From: Clostridia bacterium
Lineage (GTDB): Bacteria > Bacillota > Clostridia > Christensenellales > CAG-138
DNA: 64,000 nt
Assembly (NCBI GenBank): GCA_017388175.1
Contig: JAFOTD010000056.1
Coordinates: 7,756-71,755, forward strand
Direction of reading: 5' to 3'
The notes under the pieces are model-generated. The model was not told the origin of the DNA. It searched no databases and worked only from the letters and a program-made list of their open reading frames with translations. The position numbers and the translations under genes are program-made. Positions 37,463 to 46,962 of this stretch are shown here, piece after piece (the first letter of the stretch is position 1; every line of letters starts with the position of its first letter).

Positions 37463-38434
37463 ATGAAGGTTTTTCGTTTGATTCTGTGCATCGGTGTTAT
37501 CTGTTTTCTCCTGTTTACGCCGCAATGGCTCGCCCGCGGCGCGCAGGAATCGTTTGTCGACGCAAGGTTCGTCAGGAAGGTGCGGCCGTTTCAAGGGACG
37601 ATCGTCATTTATCACGTCGTTCGACAAAGACCGTATGCGGGCAGCATGACGCAATGGCTTAAAAACAGAGCGGAAGAATACGAAAAGAAGCACAAAGGCG
37701 TATATATCGAAATCGAGGGAATGGATGAAGCCGCTTTTTTCGAAAGGATCGAAAACGGACGAACAGCCGACGCGTACTCGTTCTTCTCAGGAACGCTGTA
37801 TCGCGACCGCATTGCCGACATTCCCGATCTGAAGTTTGCATACAGGGAAGGTCTGTTCCAGACGGATAAAGCGGTTCCGTACTGTTATACGGGGTATTGC
37901 AGACTTGTCAAGAAGCCGGATGGATCCGGAGAAAAAAAGTATTACGCAAACGACATTCTGGCCGCGATGCAGCACGACGGAAAGGATGACGCGCCCGAAG
38001 AGAAGGCCGATATCCTGTATCTCGATCTCAGACGCGCAGGCGATCTGATTCGCAATAAAGAAGCGTTCTCTCTTGCGGCAATCGAGCCGGTCGATCATTT
38101 CACGGACGCTGTCTGCTGGATGAGCATTGACCGCGAAACGGATGAAAAACGTTCAGAAGTGCTGCTGGATTTTATGGCGTATCTTCTCTCAGAGGACGCA
38201 CAGCGGTCTTTGAACGCGCTTGGATTGCTCTCCGTATTGGACTGTGTGAAAAACGTTCCTCCCGAAAGTGCGTTAAAGAACGTATTCAAAACGTATGAAA
38301 CGGTTCAGACGGTCGATCCGTTCCTCTGGCAAGGCGTATATGACGAGCTGCTTAGCGATGCTGCGCTTTCCCGGAAAGGGGATACGGATGCACACATTCG
38401 CTTCACAAATCGTTTGCATGAATTATACAGATAG
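37463..38434 (+). CDS. Hypothetical exported or membrane-anchored protein, remotely like an extracellular solute-binding protein
   Basis: N-terminal hydrophobic helix; WLK..AEEYEKKH.GVYIEI, AVPYCYTGY and FMAYLLSEDAQ..L...GL resemble SBP_bac_1-type segments. Confidence 0.55.
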   Translation: MKVFRLILCIGVICFLLFTPQWLARGAQESFVDARFVRKVRPFQGTIVIYHVVRQRPYAGSMTQWLKNRAEEYEKKHKGVYIEIEGMDEAAFFERIENGRTADAYSFFSGTLYRDRIADIPDLKFAYREGLFQTDKAVPYCYTGYCRLVKKPDGSGEKKYYANDILAAMQHDGKDDAPEEKADILYLDLRRAGDLIRNKEAFSLAAIEPVDHFTDAVCWMSIDRETDEKRSEVLLDFMAYLLSEDAQRSLNALGLLSVLDCVKNVPPESALKNVFKTYETVQTVDPFLWQGVYDELLSDAALSRKGDTDAHIRFTNRLHELYR

Positions 38435-38472
38435 GTGTTGTGCCTTTTCGTTCGTTTTGTTATAATACAAAT

Positions 38473-39363
38473 ATGAAAATGCTTTGGAAGGATCAAATCG
38501 TATCGGAATTCCCCGGCGTTGAACGGAACGTTCCGCTGTCTGAACTGACGAGCTTTCGCGTCGGCGGCGCGGCTCGCTTTGTGCTCCGTCCGCAATCGTA
38601 TGAGGAAATCAAACGCGCTGTCGCGTTTGTGAAATCGTTCGGCGTTCCGTTTGTTCTGCTCGGAAAAGGAACGAACGTGCTTGCTTCCGATGCGGGATAT
38701 GACGGTGTTCTGATTCGATTCGACGCGCCGATGCATGCGCCGATCTATGACGGCGTTCGTGTAACCGTCTGCGGCGGAACTTCTTTGACGCAGCTTGCAC
38801 GGGATACGGTGAAGCGCGGTTTTATGGGTCTTGAACGACTTTGCGGAATCCCGGGTACGGTCGGCGGCGCATGCGCGATGAATGCCGGCGCGTACGGCGG
38901 AGAAATCGGTCAGATTCTTCGCCGCGTCCGCTTGCTGAAGAACGGAACAGACGCATGGACGGACGTTAGGGACGGGGATCTCGGCTATCGGAGGAGTGCG
39001 TTTTCCTTCCCGGACGCGATTGTGCTGGAAGCCGAACTCGAGTTGTGCGCGGATGACGGAAGCGCTGCGGAAACAATGCGCGACTGCATGGAAAAACGCC
39101 GTGAAAAACAGCCTCTTGATCTTCCGTCGGCTGGCAGCACGTTTAAACGACCGGAAGGTTATTTTGCCGGCGCGTTGATCGAACAATGCGGCTTGAAAGG
39201 CTACTCGATCGGCGGGGCACAGGTTTCGCAGAAGCATGCGGGGTTTATCGTAAATACCGGCAACGCAACCGAAGCCGACGTTTCGGCCCTGATTCGATTT
39301 GTGCAGGATACGGTAAAAGAACGAACCGGCGTTAATCTGGAGCCGGAGGTCAAACGAATCTGA
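38473..39363 (+). CDS. murB: UDP-N-acetylenolpyruvoylglucosamine reductase
   Basis: TSFRVGG.A, G.GTNVL.SD.G, GIPGTVGGA..MNAGAYGGE, QPL..PSAGSTFKRP, KHAGFIVN, LEPEV. Confidence 0.96.
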   Translation: MKMLWKDQIVSEFPGVERNVPLSELTSFRVGGAARFVLRPQSYEEIKRAVAFVKSFGVPFVLLGKGTNVLASDAGYDGVLIRFDAPMHAPIYDGVRVTVCGGTSLTQLARDTVKRGFMGLERLCGIPGTVGGACAMNAGAYGGEIGQILRRVRLLKNGTDAWTDVRDGDLGYRRSAFSFPDAIVLEAELELCADDGSAAETMRDCMEKRREKQPLDLPSAGSTFKRPEGYFAGALIEQCGLKGYSIGGAQVSQKHAGFIVNTGNATEADVSALIRFVQDTVKERTGVNLEPEVKRI

Positions 39364-39376
39364 AGGTGGAAAGCAT

Positions 39377-40270
39377 ATGGATCTTTTAATTGTCACAGGC
39401 ATGAGCGGCGCAGGCAAATCGCTTGCTTTAAAATCCCTTGAAGACATGGGATTCTTTTGTGTGGACAATCTGCCTTCGCCGATGCTCGGCGAGTTTACGG
39501 CGATGTGCAAGAACGCCAATCCGCCGATTCGCTGCGCGGCAGTCACGCTCGATTCGCGCGAGAGTCTGCTTTCCAGGAGCCCGGAAATGGTTCTATCCGA
39601 GATTCGCAAAATCGACGTGCCGTATACCATTCTGTTCCTTGACGCGCGCGACGACGTGCTGAAACGACGTTATAACGAAACACGCAAGCGGCATCCGCTG
39701 GGACTTTCCGGCGAAGCGGAAACCGGCGTTCGCACAGAGCGCGGATATCTTGCCGCCATGCGCGACGCCGCTGATTTCGTTCTCGATACGAGCGATATTC
39801 CCGCGCGCGAGCTGTCTTCCTGCCTTGAAAAGTTTATTCCGGAGATGGATCGTGAACAGGTGTCTGTCATTCTTTCAAGCTTCGGTTATAAGCGCGGCGT
39901 GCCTGTCGACGCCGATATCGTGATCGATATGCGCTTTGTGGAGAATCCGTTCTACTATGAGGATATGCGGTATCTTTCCGGACTCGACGAAAAGGTCAGA
40001 GATTTCGTGCTGTCGCAGCCGTACGTAAGCGAATTTTTCCATCAGCTTGAGCAAAGTATTGTGGATATGCTTCCGCTTTATGAAAAGCAGGACAAGCATA
40101 TTCTTCGCATCTGCTTCGGATGCACGGGCGGACGTCACCGGTCTGTTGCCGCTTCGGAGGAAATGGCAAGAAGGCTTCGCAATCGCGGACAAGCCGTTCG
40201 CATCTACCATCGCGACATTAAGCGTGAGCTGCAGGATATCGAACTGCGCACAGGGAAGAGGGATCTATGA
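39377..40270 (+). CDS. rapZ: RNase adapter RapZ (YvcJ)
   Basis: TGMSGAGKS, LEDMGFFCVDNLP, SFGYKRG.P.DAD, GCTGGRHRSV. Confidence 0.95.
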   Translation: MDLLIVTGMSGAGKSLALKSLEDMGFFCVDNLPSPMLGEFTAMCKNANPPIRCAAVTLDSRESLLSRSPEMVLSEIRKIDVPYTILFLDARDDVLKRRYNETRKRHPLGLSGEAETGVRTERGYLAAMRDAADFVLDTSDIPARELSSCLEKFIPEMDREQVSVILSSFGYKRGVPVDADIVIDMRFVENPFYYEDMRYLSGLDEKVRDFVLSQPYVSEFFHQLEQSIVDMLPLYEKQDKHILRICFGCTGGRHRSVAASEEMARRLRNRGQAVRIYHRDIKRELQDIELRTGKRDL

Positions 40271-41205
40271 GCTTTTCTTCGGACTGCAAGGAAGAACTGA
40301 TTCGAATCCGTGTAAAAAGCGCGGAGCAGCGCCTTTCACAGCTTACAGGCATAACATTTACCGCGGGCGGCATTCGCATCTCCAGACAGCCTGCGTTGTT
40401 TTATCATACCGAAAATCCCGCAACGGCAAAGCATATCGCTACGATCGCGCTGAGCTTGTTCGACGCTGACGCCGTCGTGGAAGAAAAAAGGATCGAACAC
40501 CGCAGAAAGCCGATCTATGAGGTGACGCTTTCCGGACGCGAGATTGAGAAGCTGATGCAGGAAACCGGCGCAATGACGCATTCCGAAAGCGGATTCCGTT
40601 TGATGAGCGACATCCCGCAGATTGTTTTTCAAAACGAAGAAAATCAGCGCGCGTTTCTGCGCGGCGCATTTTTGGGCGGCGGAAGCTGTGTCGATCCCAA
40701 CAGAGGATATCATCTTGAAACGGTTTTCCGCACGAAAGAAATCGCCCAACGCGCAGCGGAAATCATGTCCGGGTTTTCTCTTCCGGCAAAGATCTCCGTT
40801 CGTAACGGAGACAGGTATCTCGTATACCTCAAAGAAGGCGACGACGTAAGCGGAATGCTCGCTTTGATCGGTGCGTCTTCTTCAGCTCTCACGCTCGAAA
40901 ACGTGCGCGTCAATAAGGACATGCGGAACTATATCAACCGCACGAACAACTGTGAAACGGCAAATCTTGACAAGCAGGTCGTGGCCTCGTTGAAACAGCG
41001 CTCCGCGATCGCGATCATCGACAGACATATCGGCATCCGCGCTCTGCCCGCAAGCCTGCAGCAGGCGGCGCAGCTTCGGATGGCGCATCCGGACGCGACG
41101 GTGCAGGAGCTTGCGGACCTTGCTGAAATACAAAAATCCGGCATGTATCATCGGCTTGACAGATTGATGAAGCTTGCCGAGGGATTGGAGGACGACTGTG
41201 AATAA
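40267..41205 (+). CDS. whiA: DNA-binding protein WhiA
   Basis: MSFSS..KEEL, FLRGAFLGGGS..DP..YHLE, YLKEGD, NR..NCETANL.K. Confidence 0.95.
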   Translation: MSFSSDCKEELIRIRVKSAEQRLSQLTGITFTAGGIRISRQPALFYHTENPATAKHIATIALSLFDADAVVEEKRIEHRRKPIYEVTLSGREIEKLMQETGAMTHSESGFRLMSDIPQIVFQNEENQRAFLRGAFLGGGSCVDPNRGYHLETVFRTKEIAQRAAEIMSGFSLPAKISVRNGDRYLVYLKEGDDVSGMLALIGASSSALTLENVRVNKDMRNYINRTNNCETANLDKQVVASLKQRSAIAIIDRHIGIRALPASLQQAAQLRMAHPDATVQELADLAEIQKSGMYHRLDRLMKLAEGLEDDCE

Positions 41206-41944
41206 GCAATACGGCGCTTTTGCGCGCGTTTATGACACAATGATGCATGACGTTGACCACGACGCGTGGGCGGATTATATCGACGGCTTCTTAAAGGACG
41301 CAGGCGCGCACGATGTTCTGGACTGCGCATGCGGAACCGGCGCAATGGCGATTCGCCTTTTCAAACGCGGATATCACGTGATCGGAAACGACGTGTCGCC
41401 CGAAATGCTGATGGAAGCGAGAAACAATGCATTCCGCGAGGGCGCCAAGGGTATCATTTTTATTTGCGAGGACATGAGAAAGCTCACGATCCATAAACCG
41501 ATCGACGCGCTTGTTTCCGTGTGCGACGGCGTCAATTATCTGACGTCTTGTCAGGATCTGGAATTGTTTTTTCAACATGCTTCGTCCTGCTTGAAGCCCG
41601 GCGGCACGCTGCTGTTCGACGTATCCTCGCCGTATAAGTTTTCCGAGGTGCTCGGTACGAACACGTTTACCGAAGAAACCGAAGCGTATGCGTACATTTG
41701 GAAGAACAATTTCGATCCCGCTTCAAAACTGTGTGAGATGAATCTGACGTTCTTTGTTAAAAACGGAACGCAGTACGATCGCTTCACCGAGACGCACATA
41801 CAGCGTTCGCACACGGAGGAGGAGTTGAAAGCCACACTGCGGAAAACGGGGTTCGCAGACGTTCGTGTATTCGATGCGTTTACCCGTGAACCCGCAAAGG
41901 ACACCTCGGAAAGAATGCAGTTTGTTGCAGTAAAGGAGAAATAG
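41198..41944 (+). CDS. Class I SAM-dependent methyltransferase (YqeM-like)
   Basis: Y..FA.VYD..M, LDCACGTG, D.SPEML, D.VNYL, LKPGG.LLFD; GTG start after GGAGGA. Confidence 0.88.
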   Translation: MNKQYGAFARVYDTMMHDVDHDAWADYIDGFLKDAGAHDVLDCACGTGAMAIRLFKRGYHVIGNDVSPEMLMEARNNAFREGAKGIIFICEDMRKLTIHKPIDALVSVCDGVNYLTSCQDLELFFQHASSCLKPGGTLLFDVSSPYKFSEVLGTNTFTEETEAYAYIWKNNFDPASKLCEMNLTFFVKNGTQYDRFTETHIQRSHTEEELKATLRKTGFADVRVFDAFTREPAKDTSERMQFVAVKEK

Positions 41945-41945
41945 T

Positions 41946-42857
41946 ATGGAGCGAAACTTGATCATACACGGCATGCTGGAAAACAATGCGCTGCGCTTTG
42001 CCGCGATCGACGGAACACAGCTCGTGCGCGATGCGCAAAAGACGCACGGCCTTTCCCGTGTCGCGACTGCTGCGCTCGGAAGACAGCTGCTGATGACGTC
42101 CTTGATTGCAAGCCTGATGAAAAACAAAACCGATACGGTTACGACCGTACTTGCGGGAAACGGTTCCTCCGGAAATCTCGTCTGCGTCGGAAGGGAAGGC
42201 GGACTTGTCAAGGGCTACGCAACGAATCCCGAAACGGAACTCCCGCTGCGTTCGGACGGAAAGCTCGACGTACGAGGGTACGTCGGCGCATCCGGAAAAC
42301 TGACGGTGATTCGTGATCTCGGGCTCAAGGAGCCGTACGTGGGTATGTGCAATCTGATTTCCGGTGAAATTGCCGAAGACTTTGCACAATACTTTACCGC
42401 GAGCGAACAGCAGCCTTCGATCGTATATCTGGGCGTGCATGAAAACGCCGCGGACGGCTTCGTCACCGGCGCCGGCGGTATTTTGATTCAGACAATGCCG
42501 AACTGTCCTGATGAATCGGTTGAACACGTCATGACGATCGCAAACCGCATTCCGACGCTCGGTACGCGACTCGCGGCAGGCGATTCGCTTGAAGCAATCC
42601 TGAACGGCATATTCGAAGCCCTTGACGTTGCTTATACGAACCGGCTTTCGCCGGCCTTTTCGTGCGACTGCACGAAAGAACGGCTTGAACGAGCCCTGAT
42701 TTCGATCGGAAGAAAGGAACTTCGCGATCTCATCGACCAGGACGGCAAGGCGGAACTGACCTGTCAGTTTTGCGGGAAGAAATATCTTTTCGATCGGGAA
42801 GCGCTTGAAACGCTCTATCTGGAAGCGACCGATAACGGAGGAATACATGAAGAATGA
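41946..42857 (+). CDS. hslO: Redox-regulated chaperone Hsp33
   Basis: TAALGR, GEIAEDFA.YF..SEQQPS, CDC...CQFC zinc centre. Confidence 0.96.
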   Translation: MERNLIIHGMLENNALRFAAIDGTQLVRDAQKTHGLSRVATAALGRQLLMTSLIASLMKNKTDTVTTVLAGNGSSGNLVCVGREGGLVKGYATNPETELPLRSDGKLDVRGYVGASGKLTVIRDLGLKEPYVGMCNLISGEIAEDFAQYFTASEQQPSIVYLGVHENAADGFVTGAGGILIQTMPNCPDESVEHVMTIANRIPTLGTRLAAGDSLEAILNGIFEALDVAYTNRLSPAFSCDCTKERLERALISIGRKELRDLIDQDGKAELTCQFCGKKYLFDREALETLYLEATDNGGIHEE

Positions 42858-44601
42858 CCGTGAAACGGGCGTGATCGTTCCGTTTCAGCAGAACGCGGAA
42901 TTTTATTATCAGCGCGGTAACAAATATTTGTCTGATCCCGAGGATCTCGTAAAGGCGGAACAGTATCTGCGTAAAGCACACGATATGGAGCCGGATCGCG
43001 ATGAATACGTGCTTGCGTTTGCAGAGACGCTGCATCGGATGCGTCGTTTTGAAGAGAGCCTTTCCGTTCTTTTGACCTCCCTGAATGAGACGAACAAAGA
43101 AGAACCGGAGCTGATCTTCGGCATTGCGTCAAATTTCATGGGACTTGAGGAGTTTCGTGCAGCGTATCAATGCTGCAGATTGTGCCTTGAAAAAGATCCG
43201 GCAGGTCCGTATTCCGACCGCGCGATTGATATGCTGGAACTGATGGAGGACGAACAGGAACTCGAAATCCAGATCGGATTGATGGAAGGAGAAGATCTTG
43301 ATCTGCTTGACGGTATCCATCATGCCAAAGCAAAGCATATTTCCTGTAACGACGATTCCGGGCTGCAGATGCTTCTGGCGCTTTCCGAAAAGTATCCGGA
43401 CAGCGAAATGCTTGATATGGAAATCGCCATGATGCAGTTTTCACTGCGGCAATATGACGACGCGAGAAAACGGCTCTTCAATCTGTTCAAACGCAACAAC
43501 AAATCCGTTCGGGGTAACGCGCTGATGACGCTTCTCTATCACGTGGAGAAACAGGAGCAGGAAGCACTCGAACAAAGCAAAAAGATTTTGATCGATGAAG
43601 ATTGTTCACCCGAAGAGCTCGGCTATGCCGCGCCGATTTTAATTGAAATCGGGGAGTATGCCCGCGCGCAGAAAGCGCTGGAGCTACTGCGCGATTCCAT
43701 GCCGTATGATATCGAAATGCTGCATCAGCTTGCATTTTGCCTTTACGTGCAGGGAAAAAAACGGGAAGCGGAATCAATCTATGACGAGCTGGTGCTGCGC
43801 GATGAGAACGATACGGTTGCGGCATATTATAAAAAACACATTCGTGAGGATGCCGAAGCGGATTTTATCAGAAGCTGGTCTGTAAACTACGACGTACCGG
43901 TTCGAGAAGCGGTTTTGAGACAGCGGCGGATTCGGGATATCGCAACCGCGGGCGTTGAGGCGATCAAACAGACGTGGTCAAACGATAAAGAATTCCGCGC
44001 AATTCTGAAGTGGGCGCTGATCAGTCCGCTTTCGCCTTCGATCCGGGGAGCGGCAAAGATGCTGTCTGTCACGGAATCAAAAGAGGCGGAACGCGCGCTC
44101 CGTGCATTCCTGATTCGGTTTGATCAGGCGGACGAGGATAAGCAGTTCGTATTCGGCGTTCTTCTCGGCATGGATGCGGAACCGCCTTTCTCCCTGTATT
44201 ATCAGGGCGATTGGCAATATGGCGTCGTGCGTCCGATGGAGTTCCCGAAGCAGCTTCCGGTCAGCTATGACTGTATTCTGGATCAGATCAACGGCTTTGA
44301 ATCCTATCTGAACGAGGACCTCCGGTATCGCACCCTGAAGGTGCCGGAACAGTTCGTTGAGGTGACGTCGCGCCTGTTCTATTTCTATCTTTCCTGCTTT
44401 CCGGATGGAAGGTATCCGAAGCTGACAAGGCAGCAGGAGGATGCGATGGCGGCCGCATTCACATTGATGGGACTTGGCGCATTGAGCGATACGACGATCA
44501 AGCCGGACGTTCTTCTTGAGGTATTTCAGGTGTCGGAACGAAGGCTTGAAAATGCCATGAAACGCATCTTTATGACGATGCAGCGGGAAAAGGAGTCCTG
44601 A
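42847..44601 (+). CDS. Tetratricopeptide-repeat protein
   Basis: Helical repeats (AE.YLRKA..MEP, A.KALE.L...P). Confidence 0.7.
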   Translation: MKNDRETGVIVPFQQNAEFYYQRGNKYLSDPEDLVKAEQYLRKAHDMEPDRDEYVLAFAETLHRMRRFEESLSVLLTSLNETNKEEPELIFGIASNFMGLEEFRAAYQCCRLCLEKDPAGPYSDRAIDMLELMEDEQELEIQIGLMEGEDLDLLDGIHHAKAKHISCNDDSGLQMLLALSEKYPDSEMLDMEIAMMQFSLRQYDDARKRLFNLFKRNNKSVRGNALMTLLYHVEKQEQEALEQSKKILIDEDCSPEELGYAAPILIEIGEYARAQKALELLRDSMPYDIEMLHQLAFCLYVQGKKREAESIYDELVLRDENDTVAAYYKKHIREDAEADFIRSWSVNYDVPVREAVLRQRRIRDIATAGVEAIKQTWSNDKEFRAILKWALISPLSPSIRGAAKMLSVTESKEAERALRAFLIRFDQADEDKQFVFGVLLGMDAEPPFSLYYQGDWQYGVVRPMEFPKQLPVSYDCILDQINGFESYLNEDLRYRTLKVPEQFVEVTSRLFYFYLSCFPDGRYPKLTRQQEDAMAAAFTLMGLGALSDTTIKPDVLLEVFQVSERRLENAMKRIFMTMQREKES

Positions 44602-44602
44602 A

Positions 44603-45712
44603 ATGGAATTTATCGCAACCGCAAAAATCGGTCTTGAATCGACCGTAGCCTTCCAACTGCATAAACTCGGCATTCTTGATACCGAAACGCTCGATGCGCG
44701 CGTAAAATTTCACGGCGGATTTGATGAAATGGCAAAAGCGCTTCTGTGGCTTCGGACCGCAGAACGTTTGTTTCTGACCGTCGGGACGTTCCGCGCCGAT
44801 ACGTTCGATTCGCTGTTCGAACAGACGAAAGCGTTACCGTGGAACCGGTTCCTTTCCCCGAAAACACGCATACATGTGAACGGAAAAAGCGCAAAGAGTA
44901 CGCTCTTCTCCGTTTCCGACTGCCAGAGCATCGTTAAAAAAGCGATCGTAGAATCGCTGAAAGCCTCATATCGCATCAATACCGTTCCTGAGACGGAGGA
45001 AGAAGTTATCGTTGAGGTCGGCATTCTGCGCGACGAAGTAACGCTTGCGCTTGATTGCTGCGGAGCGGGGCTTTCACGTCGCGGGTATCGCACCTATAAC
45101 GTACCTGCGCCGCTCTCTGAAACACTCGGCGCAGGGCTGATTCTGCTTTCCAGGTTTTTTCCGGATACTCCGCTCATAGATCCGATGTGCGGATCCGGAA
45201 CAATTCCGATCGAAGCGGCTATGATCGCCAACAACATCGCACCTTCTCTCGGCCGCTCGTTTGCCGCCGAACAATGGCGATTTGTTGATCCGTCCGTTTT
45301 TGATAGAGCAAGAACGGAAGCGAACGACCTGCGCAGGAATGATCCTCTTGCAATCATGGGCAGCGATATCGACCCGCATTGCATTGACCTCTGCAAAAAA
45401 CACGCGAAAAAGGCCGGCGTTATGCTCGAGTGGAAGGTGCGTCCTGTCAAGGAGCTGTCCACCGATTGGCGCAACGGCGTATTGATTTGCAACCCCCCTT
45501 ACGGGGAACGATTGTCGGACGAGAAATCCGTAAAAGCACTGTATCGGGAGATGCATACCGTATTTGAACGTATTCCGGACTGGCAAATCAACGTGATTAC
45601 CTCGAATCGCGATTTTGAGTCGATCTACGGCAGACCTGCCGATAAGCGCCGCAAGCTCAGCAACGGCGGCATGGTCTGTACGCTGTATCAGTATTTCGCA
45701 ACCCGAAGATAG
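44603..45712 (+). CDS. THUMP-domain RNA methyltransferase (RlmL/YpsC-like)
   Basis: LWLRTAER, GL.RRGYR, APL.ETL.AG, DPMCGSGTIPIEAA, NPPYGERL. Confidence 0.92.
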   Translation: MEFIATAKIGLESTVAFQLHKLGILDTETLDARVKFHGGFDEMAKALLWLRTAERLFLTVGTFRADTFDSLFEQTKALPWNRFLSPKTRIHVNGKSAKSTLFSVSDCQSIVKKAIVESLKASYRINTVPETEEEVIVEVGILRDEVTLALDCCGAGLSRRGYRTYNVPAPLSETLGAGLILLSRFFPDTPLIDPMCGSGTIPIEAAMIANNIAPSLGRSFAAEQWRFVDPSVFDRARTEANDLRRNDPLAIMGSDIDPHCIDLCKKHAKKAGVMLEWKVRPVKELSTDWRNGVLICNPPYGERLSDEKSVKALYREMHTVFERIPDWQINVITSNRDFESIYGRPADKRRKLSNGGMVCTLYQYFATRR

Positions 45713-45717
45713 TTTTC

Positions 45718-45745
45718 AGACGCCGTTTGTCCGGCGTCTTTTTTT
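45718..45745 (+). terminator. Terminator
   Basis: agacgccg-tttgtc-cggcgtct followed by tttttt. Confidence 0.8.
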
Positions 45746-45777
45746 AGCGTCCTCCGCATACCATAAACCGGGAGGGC

Positions 45778-46908
45778 GTGAAAATGCGTAAATGGATCAG
45801 CATTGTTTTAACGGTTTTCTTTTTCTTTTTAACGACGCCTGTCGTGCACGCGGATGCGACGGTGAAAGCGTATTGTATTCGACCGCTCCATTCGGACGTC
45901 ATGATAGACCAGTCCGATGCGGACACCTGGTACAACATTGCGGGACTAACGAAGCTTCCCGCCGTTCTGACGTTGTGCGATGCGATTGACCGCGGTTTGA
46001 TCGACGAAAACGCTGCGGTCACGGTTGGGGCAAAAGCGGCTTCCATCGGCGGACCGACCGCTTTTTTGAAAAAGGGCGAAACAATATCTGCGAAGGAACT
46101 GATTCGCGCAGCCGTAATGATCTCGGCCGGTGATGCAATCTATGCGCTCGGCGAGCATGCGTTCGGTTCCGAGGACGTGTTTCTGAGCAATATCGAGCTT
46201 ACGATGAAAGCTGCAGGCGTCGATAAATCGCTGCCCGACTGCCTCGGCACCTTCATGACCTTTTCCTGCAAAGAACTGGTTTCTCTCGGGGAAAGGGCGG
46301 TTGAGAGTCCGACGTTTCTGAAATACTGTTCGGAGAAGTATTATATTCTGAATCATGAAGACGGAAGGAAAACGGAACTTGCAAACGCAAATAAGCTCCT
46401 AACCTCTTTACCGGGTTGTATCGGTCTGTTTACCGGAAGCGCAAAATCAGATGGATATTGCGGCGTTTTTGCGTGCAGAAGAGGTGAAACGACTTATCTC
46501 TGCGCGATCATCGGCGCACAAAACAGCAAGGTCAGGTTTGAAACTGCTGCAAAGTTGATTGAAGAGGCGTTTGCCAACTACCGTTACGTTACCATCTGCG
46601 AACCCGGCGAACCGATTCTCGAAAGCTATCCGGTCGAAGGAGGCGATCTGGAAACCGTCGATTTATTCGCAAAGGATGAATACGCTCTTTTAATGCGAAA
46701 AAGCGAAGGAGAACCGCAAAAACGTTTTGATCTGCCTGAAGTGCTGACCGCGCCGCTCGATCCGGATCATGCGGTCGGAAGTATAGCTTTTTACAGTGCG
46801 GACGGGTCGCTTCTGCTGGAAGCTGCGCTGTATCCGGAAGAGGCGGTTACGGCGAATTGCTTTCGCGAAATTATGAAACGAATATTCGGATTCTTTCTGA
46901 ACGGCTAA
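45778..46908 (+). CDS. DacB/DacF-like S11 carboxypeptidase homolog lacking catalytic motifs
   Basis: Signal peptide; IAGLTK at the SxxK position, SAGDA at SxN, GLFTG at KTG; PBP5_C-like tail (LPEVLTAPL...VG.I). Confidence 0.75.
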   Translation: MKMRKWISIVLTVFFFFLTTPVVHADATVKAYCIRPLHSDVMIDQSDADTWYNIAGLTKLPAVLTLCDAIDRGLIDENAAVTVGAKAASIGGPTAFLKKGETISAKELIRAAVMISAGDAIYALGEHAFGSEDVFLSNIELTMKAAGVDKSLPDCLGTFMTFSCKELVSLGERAVESPTFLKYCSEKYYILNHEDGRKTELANANKLLTSLPGCIGLFTGSAKSDGYCGVFACRRGETTYLCAIIGAQNSKVRFETAAKLIEEAFANYRYVTICEPGEPILESYPVEGGDLETVDLFAKDEYALLMRKSEGEPQKRFDLPEVLTAPLDPDHAVGSIAFYSADGSLLLEAALYPEEAVTANCFREIMKRIFGFFLNG

Positions 46909-46910
46909 AG

Positions 46911-46947
46911 AAGCGGGGGAATTGCACTTGCAAAGCCCCCTTTTTTT
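46911..46947 (+). terminator. Terminator overlapping the -35 of the next promoter
   Basis: ggggg-aattgcacttgcaaag-ccccc followed by a T tract. Confidence 0.7.
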
Positions 46948-46962
46948 GTTTATAATACAGAC

